Shown: positions 29,838 to 39,234, numbered from the stretch's first letter. The stretch is DNA of 64,000 nucleotides from an uncultured Candidatus Saccharibacteria bacterium (GCA_963524295.1 CAURFZ010000001.1:361509-425508), one strand, 5' to 3'. A program made the numbers and translations. Notes: a model not told the origin generated them from the letters alone.

Positions 29838-29913
29838 TTATCCACAAATCTGTGGAAAAGCTCAACCAGTATCAGGGGTCAGCAGTTTTCCCCACTCTGC
29901 ATAATGTGGATAA
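29838..29913. promoter_or_regulatory. Cluster of DnaA-box consensus sequences
   Basis: TTATCCACA 29838-29846 (perfect), TGTGGAAAA 29851-29859 (1 mismatch, inverted), TTTTCCCCA 29886-29894 (2 mismatches), TGTGGATAA 29905-29913 (perfect, inverted). Confidence 0.5.
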
Positions 29914-30146
29914 AAATAAGCGAGATTGCTGGGCATTTTGCTCTGACTTAGACGCGCCTATAGTGGACATATCTTACTATTTTATACGTACAAAAGGAGA
30001 GAATACGCTGATTTGATGGCATTATAGCCATAATAGCTTGACGCGGCTCTCATATATTGATATATATATTAGCTTTTTAGCTCAGAGGTTTCCTCTAAAG
30101 AGCAGAAAGCAGCTCTTTGGCCTCTGAAGTAAGAAGGGACTCTGTT

Positions 30147-30347
30147 ATGAATCCGTACACCATTGAAGTTACACTGCTTAACGGACAATCGTTTGTTCTA
30201 ATAAGCAGCTTCAAGGGCTCTAGTTATTTTGTTGATTTCTTGAAAAAAGCGAGAATTTGCGATAACTACTTGCTCGCTGAGGGTGATATATACATCAACC
30301 CAGACGCAATAGCATCGTTTAGGTGCTACGAGACAGAGGCTGAATAA
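30147..30347 (+). CDS. Hypothetical small protein (66 aa)
   Basis: AAGAAGGGA precedes ATG 30147. No motif recognised. Confidence 0.45.
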   Translation: MNPYTIEVTLLNGQSFVLISSFKGSSYFVDFLKKARICDNYLLAEGDIYINPDAIASFRCYETEAE

Positions 30348-30510
30348 GCCCACCACACAGTCCGCCATATCACCGCGCCTGATCGAGTACTCTACTACGA
30401 GTATTCTCGGGCCTGGAAACCCGATTTGGCCGTGGCAGTTGGTGGGCTGTGTTTTTTGTATAAAGTTTTAACAAGCTATGATCTAATGCCTAGGGAGGTA
30501 TACTCTCCCT

Positions 30511-30939
30511 CTACTTCTGTAGAGAATCGATCAAGAACGTAACAAGAAAAAGGGCTATCATTACAATAAGGAATAAAAGCCATAGTACGATCCACCCAGC
30601 CACGACAGCGCTACACACAATGCCCGCTATACCCCACGCACGCGATGCGCCCGCTTCGCGTAGCTTGTCGTAAGAGTTGATACCAAGGACAATACCAGCA
30701 ATACTGGCAACAACAGCAGCAGAAAAAGCAGCACGATTCATATTAGTAGATTCATCCAAAGTAGTGTTCGCAATTAGCATGAGAATGCTAATAATGCCAC
30801 TGCACACACCACCTACACCAAGCACCGTACCTAGGGATGCGTACTGACGAGCCGAGGCGGGTGATGCTGTGGGCTGCCGTGGGTGCGCTTGCTGGGGTGG
30901 CTGTGGTTGAGACTGGGGTGGAATCGGCTGTTGCGACAT
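30511..30939 (-). CDS. Membrane protein with P/Q-rich N-terminus (142 aa)
   Basis: MSQQPIPPQSQPQPPQQ followed by 3-4 TM segments. Confidence 0.55.
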   Translation of the reverse strand: MSQQPIPPQSQPQPPQQAHPRQPTASPASARQYASLGTVLGVGGVCSGIISILMLIANTTLDESTNMNRAAFSAAVVASIAGIVLGINSYDKLREAGASRAWGIAGIVCSAVVAGWIVLWLLFLIVMIALFLVTFLIDSLQK

Positions 30940-30978
30940 AGAAAGTGTGCCTTTAAGAATAGTGCTGGTATTAAGCCC

Positions 30979-31800
30979 CTACCCCTGATGCTCGAGTAGC
31001 CAGTTGTTGGCTGCTACCCAGGTCTCGAGCGTGCCAGTGTCGAGGTAGTGGCCCTTGGTGGGGACGACGGCCATGTGGCCACCAGCAGCGAGGTAGTCGT
31101 TGAAGGGGTCGGTGATGTAGTATTCACCCGCGACGTCGTCACGGTCGGCGTGGGCGGCAATGCGCTGCAGGAGGTCGTAGCTGAGGACGTATTTACTCAC
31201 GTTGATCATTTCGCTCGACGCCTCACCTGGCGCTGGCTTCTCTACCACACCGCGCAGGCGGCCATCATCGGCAACATCCAGCACGCCGTAGCGGCTGAGC
31301 TGGTCGGGCGGCATGTGTACACCTAGGATAGCCGAGCGGTCCTCCCCTGCTGCCTCGATGAGACGTGCCACCTCTGATGTGCCATCGGCATTATACACAC
31401 AGTCATCACCCATCAGCACGACTACCGGCTCACCGGGGTCGAGCTGCGGCACCACGAGGCTGACCGGGATGGCTGTGCCATACTTACCATAGCTCGATTG
31501 CACCATGTAGTGCAGATTGACCTTTGGCGGAGCAATGAGGGGCAAGAGATCTGCCTTACCATTGCGTCGCAGATAGTTGTTGAGGTCGACGTTGGAGCGG
31601 TAGAAGTCGCGAATCTGCGTACTCTGCTCGCTCACCACGAAGTAGATATCGCGGATGCCCGCCGCGATGCAGTCTTGCACAGCGTAGTCTACCACCGGGC
31701 GGTTACCCAGCGGCAGCATGCATTTTTCGATCGTCTTGGTGACGGGCAGGCGCCGTGTCCCCCAGCCTGCTACGGGGATGATTGCTTTGGTGCATTGCAT
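30979..31800 (-). CDS. galU: UTP-glucose-1-phosphate uridylyltransferase-like sugar nucleotidyltransferase
   Basis: KAIIPVAGWGTRRLPVTKTIEKCMLP. AAGGAGA RBS. GlmU/GalU-type fold pattern. Confidence 0.8.
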   Translation of the reverse strand: MQCTKAIIPVAGWGTRRLPVTKTIEKCMLPLGNRPVVDYAVQDCIAAGIRDIYFVVSEQSTQIRDFYRSNVDLNNYLRRNGKADLLPLIAPPKVNLHYMVQSSYGKYGTAIPVSLVVPQLDPGEPVVVLMGDDCVYNADGTSEVARLIEAAGEDRSAILGVHMPPDQLSRYGVLDVADDGRLRGVVEKPAPGEASSEMINVSKYVLSYDLLQRIAAHADRDDVAGEYYITDPFNDYLAAGGHMAVVPTKGHYLDTGTLETWVAANNWLLEHQG

Positions 31801-32491
31801 ACTCGATGTCTCCTTGTATGATATTAGTTGCTTGAGCTAACGTATGACAAATGGGCCAATCTCCCGAGCGCCAATTGATAGAGCGCGGTGTGAGTTGGCC
31901 GGTGTGGTCGATCTGCACGCAGCGGATGGACGGGTCTGGCTCGGGCGCAAAGGCAACGGCAACGGGCTTATCGTCGATTAGGTAGATTGTTTGGCCGGGG
32001 TTTGCAGCGGCAGCACGGCGCAGCCACTGGGCTTTGTCTTGCAAGGTGGTGATGATCACCTGCCCATCCTGCTGAGCCACCAGTGCACGCACTGCTGGGC
32101 ACAGACGGGCTTTGCAGTGCGGGGTGATAGGATCACCATAGGTCAGTATCTGCACCGTGCCATAGTGACTCAGCGCGCGCAGCATCGATGCCACGCCTGG
32201 GTATTGGAGATGGCCATCGGCAAGAGCCGTCTGCTCGAGCTGCTCTATAACAGATGCCGCATCCAGGCCGAGCGCCGCAAGCTGCGCCGCCAAGACGTAG
32301 GTCGGGGCGGTAGGATTGGTCTTTGGCCGGAGCATATAGCGAGGCTGCGCCGCCAAGAATTCCTTAGCAGTCACCTGCGCTGGGTAGAGTTGGGCTAGTG
32401 CCTCTGCTATCTCGCGCAACCACTGCGTGGTATTGATGATCGTCCGGTCGAGATCAACGTAGATGTGGTAGTGGCCCGTCATATGCTCCAT
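31703..32491 (-). CDS. HAD-superfamily hydrolase
   Basis: Motif I YVDLDRTIINT, later LIDDKP. The 3' end overlaps galU by 98 nt. Confidence 0.65.
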   Translation of the reverse strand: MEHMTGHYHIYVDLDRTIINTTQWLREIAEALAQLYPAQVTAKEFLAAQPRYMLRPKTNPTAPTYVLAAQLAALGLDAASVIEQLEQTALADGHLQYPGVASMLRALSHYGTVQILTYGDPITPHCKARLCPAVRALVAQQDGQVIITTLQDKAQWLRRAAAANPGQTIYLIDDKPVAVAFAPEPDPSIRCVQIDHTGQLTPRSINWRSGDWPICHTLAQATNIIQGDIEYAMHQSNHPRSRLGDTAPARHQDDRKMHAAAG

Positions 32492-32521
32492 GATCTTTAC
32501 AGTATAGCCAGTCCTTGATAT

Positions 32522-33520
32522 TTATGCAAAGTATATCCGCATCAGCTGGCGCGCCACGACGTCGGGGTCGTGCCGGATAAAGCTGCGCGTGCTAGCCAGT
32601 GGATCGCTAGCCTGAGCACCATCCCACACGTCTTGTGCTAGGACTGGTGCGGCGCGGTAGCGATAGTGCTGGCGATGCATCTCGTCCATGTCGTACTCGA
32701 CCATCAGCTCGCCATCGTGAGCGTACTTGTCCATCAGCTCAGGGCTGGGGCGCGTGTTGTTAAAGACGACATAGTCGAGGAACTGGCTACCTGCTAGGCG
32801 CTCAATTTCACTCGCGAAGTCGCTCACCGAAAAGCCGTCCGTTGGGCCAGGTTTGGTGACGAGATTGCAGACGAAGACACAGCGTGCCTTGGTGGCGGCA
32901 AGCGCCTCTTGGATCTCGCGAATGACCAAGACAGGTGCGAGGCTACCATAGAGGTTGCCGGGAGCCACGACGACCATATCGGCGGTGCGAATTGCCTCCA
33001 CCGCGGCAGGGTTAGCCTGGGCTTCTGGCTCGAGCCAGATCTTGGGCTGACGCGCCAGCGCCTGCTGTGAGATGACATATTCTCCCTTGATAGGCTGACC
33101 ATCCTCGCCTTCTGCGCAGAGCGTCACATTGCTGAGCGTAGCGGGCACAACGCACCCATCGATATTAAGCACCTGACTGGCTAGTGCCACCGCCTCGGCA
33201 AAGCTGCCGGTCATTTTCTCAAGTGCTGTGAGGAAGAGATTACCAAAGGCGTGCCCCTTGAAGCTCCCCTCATCGAAGCGATAATTAAAGAGGTCGCGCA
33301 CCTTGGGGCTATTGCTCAGCGCCACGAGGCACTGGCGCACATCACCAGGCGGCAAGACGCCGAGCTCGTCGCGCAATTGGCCCGTTGAGCCGCCATCATC
33401 TGCCATATTGACGAGTGCCGTGACCTGCGAGGCATACTGCCTGAGGCCTGTCAGGAGCGTAAAGCTCCCCGTCCCGCCGCCGATGACGACGACGCGTGCT
33501 CCACCATTGCTCTGTGCCAT
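32522..33520 (-). CDS. YvcK/CofD-family (UPF0052) protein
   Basis: VVVIGGGTGSFTLLTGL and NMADDGGSTGQLRDELGVLPPGDVRQC. Confidence 0.88.
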   Translation of the reverse strand: MAQSNGGARVVVIGGGTGSFTLLTGLRQYASQVTALVNMADDGGSTGQLRDELGVLPPGDVRQCLVALSNSPKVRDLFNYRFDEGSFKGHAFGNLFLTALEKMTGSFAEAVALASQVLNIDGCVVPATLSNVTLCAEGEDGQPIKGEYVISQQALARQPKIWLEPEAQANPAAVEAIRTADMVVVAPGNLYGSLAPVLVIREIQEALAATKARCVFVCNLVTKPGPTDGFSVSDFASEIERLAGSQFLDYVVFNNTRPSPELMDKYAHDGELMVEYDMDEMHRQHYRYRAAPVLAQDVWDGAQASDPLASTRSFIRHDPDVVARQLMRIYFA

Positions 33521-33523
33521 GTA

Positions 33524-35068
33524 TTATTCCTCCCGATTATTATGACTACGTGAACGACTGCGTGATGCGACTGCTGGTCGACGCGGCGGTGTAATCACCC
33601 CGCTAGAGCGTGCCGCTGGCCCTGGCATAGATGGTGGCATTTGGGGCGTTTGCGGTGGCGTGGGTGGTGTGGGCTTGGGTGGCACGGCTGGCGTAGAGCG
33701 AACAGAGCGCGGCGATGATGATGTAGCTTGCGCCTGTGCGGTAGCTGGCTTAGCACTCGGCTTCTTGCGCGCTGGTACGGCTGGCAACGGCTCAATGGGC
33801 TGCTGCGCCTGCTTCTTTTGCTGCTGCAATACGCGAGCAAACCATAGCGCACTGGGGCGCGGCGTCCGCTTATACGTCTTGTAGTCGACCGCAAAGAGGC
33901 CAAAGCGCGGCCAAAACCCTTTATCCCACTCAAAGTTATCGAGGAAGCTCCAGTGCATATATCCCAGCAGCTCTACCCCACTACCAAGAGCGCGCTGCAT
34001 AGCCAGGATAGACTGAGTGAGCCATTGCTTGCGGAACTGGTCGCGCTCGTCGGCCACACCGTTCTCTGTCACGAGCAGAGGGAGCTTGTAGCGGCCCCAG
34101 AGACGTTCCAGCGCAAGCTCGAGATGATCGGGCTGCATTGTCCAGCCGAGATCATTTGGCGTGGTCTCGGGGTTGTGGATGCGGTAGCCATAGATACGAT
34201 TGCTAAAGTAATAATTGACGGCGATGTAGTCGCTCTGCCGCACCACCTTGCGTAGGAAATAATCATCCTGGAAGAACTGCACCACCCGCGCCGTTGCTCG
34301 GCTGAGCCAGGCGTCGTCGCCCGGGTAGGTATAGGCCGAATTCTTGGCCACCGCCACCTTAAAGCGCCGGCTCTTGGCATGGAGGACTTTGGCTACTTGG
34401 TTGTGCGCGTAGGCAAGATTGCTCAGCACGCGGTAGGTTTGCCACTTGCTGCGAACGTTGGGTGGCCAGGTGCCATTGTCGTAGCTCTCCGTCACATAGA
34501 CGCAAGGCTCGTTGATGGTAATGATATAGCGCACTGTGGCACCGATCTCATCCATCAGCTTATCGACAAAGCGCACGAAGTACTTCACATTATCGCGCTT
34601 AGCAAAGCCTCCACGCGCAGCAAACCACACTGGCAGCGTAAAGTGAAACAGCGTCACAACTGGCTCTAGCCCGGCATCGGCCAGCGCGGCCAAGTACGCC
34701 TTGTAGTATTTGATCGCCTCGGCATTCCACGCGCCCTCTTCTGGCTCGATGCGCGACCACTCCACACTAAAGCGCCACGAGGTTAGGCCCATCTTCTTGG
34801 CCAGAGCGAAGTCTTGCGTGTAGAGCTCGGCGTGGTTGGCAGCTTTGCCCGAGATATAATTATTTGGATCTTTGGCGGCACTAGCAATGTGCGGCCAGTT
34901 GGGCAAGTCGCCATATTGATATTGGCTCTGAGCAGCGAGGGTCTTGGCCTGAGCTTTTTCCCACTCCGACCACTGGTTGTGCATACCACCCTCGACCTGA
35001 TGCGCGCTCGTCGCAGCGCCCCAGAGGAAATGTTTTGGAAATTGCACCGTAGATTGTTGCTTAGCCAT
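33524..35068 (-). CDS. GH1 beta-glucosidase with ~100-aa Pro-rich basic C-terminal tail
   Basis: FLWGAATSAHQVEGG, acid/base ITINEP, nucleophile VTENG. Tail PPKPTPPTPPQTPQMPP. Confidence 0.92.
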   Translation of the reverse strand: MAKQQSTVQFPKHFLWGAATSAHQVEGGMHNQWSEWEKAQAKTLAAQSQYQYGDLPNWPHIASAAKDPNNYISGKAANHAELYTQDFALAKKMGLTSWRFSVEWSRIEPEEGAWNAEAIKYYKAYLAALADAGLEPVVTLFHFTLPVWFAARGGFAKRDNVKYFVRFVDKLMDEIGATVRYIITINEPCVYVTESYDNGTWPPNVRSKWQTYRVLSNLAYAHNQVAKVLHAKSRRFKVAVAKNSAYTYPGDDAWLSRATARVVQFFQDDYFLRKVVRQSDYIAVNYYFSNRIYGYRIHNPETTPNDLGWTMQPDHLELALERLWGRYKLPLLVTENGVADERDQFRKQWLTQSILAMQRALGSGVELLGYMHWSFLDNFEWDKGFWPRFGLFAVDYKTYKRTPRPSALWFARVLQQQKKQAQQPIEPLPAVPARKKPSAKPATAQAQATSSSPRSVRSTPAVPPKPTPPTPPQTPQMPPSMPGPAARSSGVITPPRRPAVASRSRSRSHNNREE

Positions 35069-35183
35069 AATGCTTATTGTACCATCAGCAGAGGATTAAG
35101 AAAAATAGAATTATTGGGTGGATACACCGTCTCGCTTTCTTCGCACTAGTTTCACCTTCCCATCACTTCATCTGATGGAGTGT

Positions 35184-35210
35184 GAAAACAGATTGCAATA
35201 ATCTGTTTTC
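35184..35210 (-). terminator. Perfect 11-bp hairpin at the end of the five-gene island
   Basis: GAAAACAGATT-gcaat-AATCTGTTTTC. A second hairpin GGTCGATAT-N7-ATATCGACC lies at 35227-35251. Confidence 0.55.
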
Positions 35211-35316
35211 AGCCCTAGCAGCAAGAGGTCGATATCCAGTGAATATCGACCCTTATCTCCAGATATTTTCTTGTCCAATAGCATGATACTAGCTAGACAC
35301 AGAGAATATCCCTCCC

Positions 35317-36435
35317 CTACTCTGGCAATTGCTCATTCTCGCGCAAGATTTTCTTGCCGCGCATTTCGTATTTGACGCCAGTCAGGTCGCTCGTGACATA
35401 GTCGTCGTTGAGGAGATTGACAAAAACGGCCGCATCCTTGGCATCCATGATAATGATACTCCCTGCCGCGTCGTCCGTCATCAGGCCCAGACCCATTTCG
35501 TCAGCGTGGTCGATGAGTTGGTCTTGTGTCACTTGGGCGGGATCGAGCTTTTGCAGTTTAGTCACCAGCGCTGGCGTGTCGCGCACCAGGCGATCGAGCG
35601 TCAGCCCCTCAGGCAAGGTAAGCTTAAACTGCTGAGTGATGGCAGCAATCTTCTCCTCCGCCACAGCGTGCTTTTTGGCATCGTAGCCAAAAAGCCGGAC
35701 AAATTTACTCTCGCTAAAGGCAAAGATATCGTTGCCGACGATTAATACTTGATTATCCGGTGTGATGCGCAGGCCAGCATCAGCCACAAATGGCTGGAAC
35801 GACCCACCACTGTACATCCAGGCGGTTGCTCCCTTGAGCACCTGCGACTGAGGTAGCAGCTTGGCCACAAAGAATGGCTCGCTATCTGTACCCATCCGAA
35901 AGCGCGCAATAATGCCCTTAACCTTCTTAAACTCATGGTCACCCTCGTTGAAGGTCTCGAGATCTGCCTCGCTGTAAGTGATCTGCTCGATCACTTCCTG
36001 AGCGTGCACTACCCGGTCGAGCGTGGTGCGCTCGAGGACGTTTTCCTCCGCCTTGGCCGCCTCAAAGTCCCGCACCATCAGGCCAGTCGCTGCACCCGTC
36101 TGCACTGCTGTGATCATATCGTAGAGGAAGAGCACCTTGAGCTGCGCCTTGAGCTCAGCTGCATAGTTGGTGGCATACACCGTATAACCCTTGGTAAAGA
36201 GGAAGAGATCCACCTCTAACTGGTCTTTGTCACGATCGGCTTGGTTGGCCCAGAGGAAGATGTCGGTAGCATCGGTAGACGTGTCAGCAGCGGGCTGAGT
36301 GGTAGTATTTGTTGGCTGAGTCTCGGCATGAGCAGCAGCTACATCTACATCACTCTGCGGCGCAGCAGCTGACTCTGGTGGCGTTACTGAGGTGGTATCG
36401 GTGGTGGGGGTTTGTGTGTTTGGTTCGTTATGCAT
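35317..36435 (-). CDS. Hypothetical protein (372 aa), T/P-rich N-terminus, no named motif
   Basis: Long ORF with coding-like composition. TATAGT box lies 12 nt upstream of the ATG. Last gene of the island. Confidence 0.7.
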   Translation of the reverse strand: MHNEPNTQTPTTDTTSVTPPESAAAPQSDVDVAAAHAETQPTNTTTQPAADTSTDATDIFLWANQADRDKDQLEVDLFLFTKGYTVYATNYAAELKAQLKVLFLYDMITAVQTGAATGLMVRDFEAAKAEENVLERTTLDRVVHAQEVIEQITYSEADLETFNEGDHEFKKVKGIIARFRMGTDSEPFFVAKLLPQSQVLKGATAWMYSGGSFQPFVADAGLRITPDNQVLIVGNDIFAFSESKFVRLFGYDAKKHAVAEEKIAAITQQFKLTLPEGLTLDRLVRDTPALVTKLQKLDPAQVTQDQLIDHADEMGLGLMTDDAAGSIIIMDAKDAAVFVNLLNDDYVTSDLTGVKYEMRGKKILRENEQLPE

Positions 36436-36489
36436 GGTTTCTAGTGTACTATATTTGGGGTGTAAAGCCTATTGCTACATCCGGTAGTG

Positions 36490-37386
36490 TTACCGCTCGT
36501 CGCTTGCTGGCCCATGCCCCAGCGTCTCCAGTGTGCGGTCAACTACTTTCTGGGCAAAGCGCTGCATGTCATCATCGCTCCTAAGGTCGAGCCCCTCACC
36601 CTGGTCGATGAGAAAGCTGTGTGGCGGGAGATCTGAGACCATGGGGATTGGTTCGCCATAGCCTTGACCCGCCATAAACCCCATAGAGTAGCGCAGGTCA
36701 TTTGACTCATGCTCATTGAGGGCAAATACCCCGCGACGCAAGAATGCTGGGTGTGCCAAGCAAAATGCCGCTGTGTCGATATCCAGATATTCCCCTGGCC
36801 GTACCACTGGTATCTGGTATTCAGCGTAATGGGAAAAGCTATTATTTTGTGTCGATTCCACCATCGTGAGGCCAAGCGAATACCCCTCAGTACGCAGTGC
36901 CTCAATCGCCGCATACAGTGCCCCACCACGCTGCATAATTCGCTCGGACGAAACTCTGCTAGACATCGATGCATTAACATACATCATTGCCTGCTTCCCA
37001 TGAGTATCCTGGCGCACTTGATAATCTACCATATGCTCGGGCTCACCGTGTAGGTAAGCGCCAATATCTACCTCATCACCAGCGAAATCTAGCCGAGACT
37101 CTACAATTGGTCGCCGCCCCACTAGCTGATCTATAGCCACACGTCCCACTACTTGGCGCAAGCGCTGGCGGCCCTCTTCCCAGCCATAGCGCGCCAACTC
37201 GATCGCCTCATCCATCGTCCTTGTGCCCGACCACCGCTCCTCATCTGTCCTCAGGCTCGCTGCTCCGAGGTCAGACTGCTCTTGCTGCTCGGGCGCATGC
37301 TGCATCGCATCAATCATTTCGCCAATGCTATCGAGCTGACGAAAGTGCATCGTACGACCGTCATACTCTTGCTCAGAGCGACGCAT
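36490..37386 (-). CDS. Hypothetical protein (298 aa), translationally abutted partner of the AAA ATPase
   Basis: The ATG directly follows the ATPase TAG stop. GAGGAG lies 9 nt upstream. Segment MMYVNASMSS plus helix is vaguely vWA-like. Confidence 0.7.
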   Translation of the reverse strand: MRRSEQEYDGRTMHFRQLDSIGEMIDAMQHAPEQQEQSDLGAASLRTDEERWSGTRTMDEAIELARYGWEEGRQRLRQVVGRVAIDQLVGRRPIVESRLDFAGDEVDIGAYLHGEPEHMVDYQVRQDTHGKQAMMYVNASMSSRVSSERIMQRGGALYAAIEALRTEGYSLGLTMVESTQNNSFSHYAEYQIPVVRPGEYLDIDTAAFCLAHPAFLRRGVFALNEHESNDLRYSMGFMAGQGYGEPIPMVSDLPPHSFLIDQGEGLDLRSDDDMQRFAQKVVDRTLETLGHGPASDER

Positions 37387-39072
37387 CTAGTGACTCCTCG
37401 GCTGCTTACCACCCACGTCGGGGTGCTGCCTCAGCCAATTACACAGGGTGAATCGCCCAGGAACAAAACCGTGGCAGGCTTCGAATTGCTTGGCGTAATC
37501 CTGGACGTCATGGTCGTTCAATTGCGAAAAGTGGTCTTTCACAAACTCTATTCGGTCGTGTACCTCCACCTTAATGTGGTCATTATCATTATCCTCTGTT
37601 TCCCATTGTGTGATGTCCCCACGGTCGCGCTGCCAACGCCGATCCTCTACATTGACTGCAGCAACTATATCTGAGACAAGGACCTTTTTTGTCGTCCAAA
37701 TTTCGGGGTCTCCAAAGACCCGCTCTACTGCGCTAGTGATTGTTGGCGTTTGTAATGCGTCGTCTGTTAACTCACGCGAATGCATTGACTCCAAGTCCCA
37801 ACACACTCGAACAAATACACCGGTGTCGTAGTCGCTTGTGTCTAATTTATCGATATTATAACAGTCTGGCAAGAAAAGACGTATAGAACGATCAAGAGAT
37901 TTCTCAAGCCATCGTGTATTCGTTCTATCGATAGTAATTTCTTTATCCTCCGGTGGTGTAAACCACTCACTATCACTTCTCTTTTCAGTATCTTTTGGCT
38001 GAGTTTCTCGAGATGACTTACTGTTAGATTCATCAAGCTCTTTGTCTTTAGTGGCCTCGCGAGTCTTGTAGTCAAGCGCCTCTTGCACCCTCGGCATCAA
38101 CCGCTTGGCATTCTCAGCTAGCTTCTCGCGGTCATGCTCCTTCATACCCTTATAGAGGAGCATCTGGCCCAGCCAATCCTTACCGACGCCTTGCTCAGCC
38201 AGACGCACGCCATACAAGCTAGCACGCTGGCTAATGATAGCGCGGATACCAAGCTCGCCCAGTGCCTGGCGGTGCGCTCGCACTGTAGCCAGCCACTCTT
38301 TGGGGCTAGGTACCTCACCAGCCGAGATGTCGAGTGGCGAGCGGTTTATCTCCGTGCCAAGTATCAGCGCGTCCTCCAAATATTCATCAGTGTCCATTGG
38401 GATGAATGCAAAGCGGTCGATGGTGGCTGCATCGATCGGTGCCCGGCCCACATACTCACTCGTTGCCCCGCGGCCAATCGTGTTGGCGCTGGCGATAAAG
38501 CGCGCCGTCTCGTGGCGTGGCACTCTGCTATCCGGGAACTCACCATGGCCATTGGCAAGCGCACTGTTGAGGATAGTCAAAATACTTGCGCTACCATTAT
38601 CGATCTCATCAAACATAAAGACGCCACCATTTTCATACACCTCACGGTAAGCTGTACTATGGTAGCTACCCGTTGCATCGCGGTAGCCCATGAGGTCAGA
38701 CTTAGATGTCGTTGGCCCGAGCGATATAGAGCGAAATGGCAAGCCGAGGCTATTTGCCGCTTGCTCACCAGCAGTCGACTTGCCACTCCCTGCCTCACCA
38801 TGCAGCCAGATAGGTACATCTGCCTGCAAGGCTGCGCGCACGAGGGGCGTGTGGTAATGCGACGGTTTGGCTCTGTTGACAAACTGTTGCAATGCAGGGT
38901 ATTCCTGCTGCCGTGTTGTATGATCTAGCGCGAGGATCGTCCGCAGTGCATTTACAACCTCCTCGCTCGTCCCTTGGTGCAGTTGCTCTACAACCTGGCG
39001 TGCTTCACTCAAGTCTGCAGTCACCCCCTGGTGTACTGCTTTGATATCGCGCAGTGTTTTGCCGCTCATCAA
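37387..39072 (-). CDS. AAA_5/MoxR-type ATPase with ~300-aa C-terminal extension; the true start is probably upstream (see the (AG)8 finding)
   Basis: Walker A GEAGSGKS, Walker B VFMFDEID, IDRFAF. The TTG/ATG at 39072/39069 has no SD. The same frame is open up to 39192. Confidence 0.8.
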   Translation of the reverse strand: MMSGKTLRDIKAVHQGVTADLSEARQVVEQLHQGTSEEVVNALRTILALDHTTRQQEYPALQQFVNRAKPSHYHTPLVRAALQADVPIWLHGEAGSGKSTAGEQAANSLGLPFRSISLGPTTSKSDLMGYRDATGSYHSTAYREVYENGGVFMFDEIDNGSASILTILNSALANGHGEFPDSRVPRHETARFIASANTIGRGATSEYVGRAPIDAATIDRFAFIPMDTDEYLEDALILGTEINRSPLDISAGEVPSPKEWLATVRAHRQALGELGIRAIISQRASLYGVRLAEQGVGKDWLGQMLLYKGMKEHDREKLAENAKRLMPRVQEALDYKTREATKDKELDESNSKSSRETQPKDTEKRSDSEWFTPPEDKEITIDRTNTRWLEKSLDRSIRLFLPDCYNIDKLDTSDYDTGVFVRVCWDLESMHSRELTDDALQTPTITSAVERVFGDPEIWTTKKVLVSDIVAAVNVEDRRWQRDRGDITQWETEDNDNDHIKVEVHDRIEFVKDHFSQLNDHDVQDYAKQFEACHGFVPGRFTLCNWLRQHPDVGGKQPRSH

Positions 39073-39149
39073 GTTACTAAGCGACTGGAGCGAAATCTCA
39101 CCACTCCCCGCAGTATCTGCAGTGGTTTGCTCAACGCTGCCTGTTAAGG

Positions 39150-39165
39150 CTCTCTCTCTCTCTCT
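39150..39165 (-). repeat. (AG)8 dinucleotide tract (plus strand (CT)8) in the 5' region of the ATPase gene
   Basis: CC(AG)8CC read on the minus strand, between an SD-equipped ATG (39176) and the ATPase frame. Confidence 0.95.
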
Positions 39166-39204
39166 GGATTTGCCATATTTTCTCCTTATTGTCTAGATTA
39201 CTTT

Positions 39205-39234
39205 ATTGTAAGAGATATCTAGGAGGTTTGTCAA
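39205..39234 (-). promoter_or_regulatory. Sigma-70-type promoter for the ATPase operon
   Basis: Minus strand reads TTGACA (39234-39229), an 18-nt spacer, then TACAAT (39210-39205). This is followed by AAGGAG and ATG 39176. Confidence 0.5.

Noticed and set aside
29700-30110. Calling this region the chromosomal origin (oriC)
   Set aside because: DnaA boxes and AT-rich DNA are present. However, there is no dnaA or dnaN nearby, no clear switch of gene orientation on the right side, and GC skew cannot be computed from a single window. It is kept only as a hypothesis in the findings.
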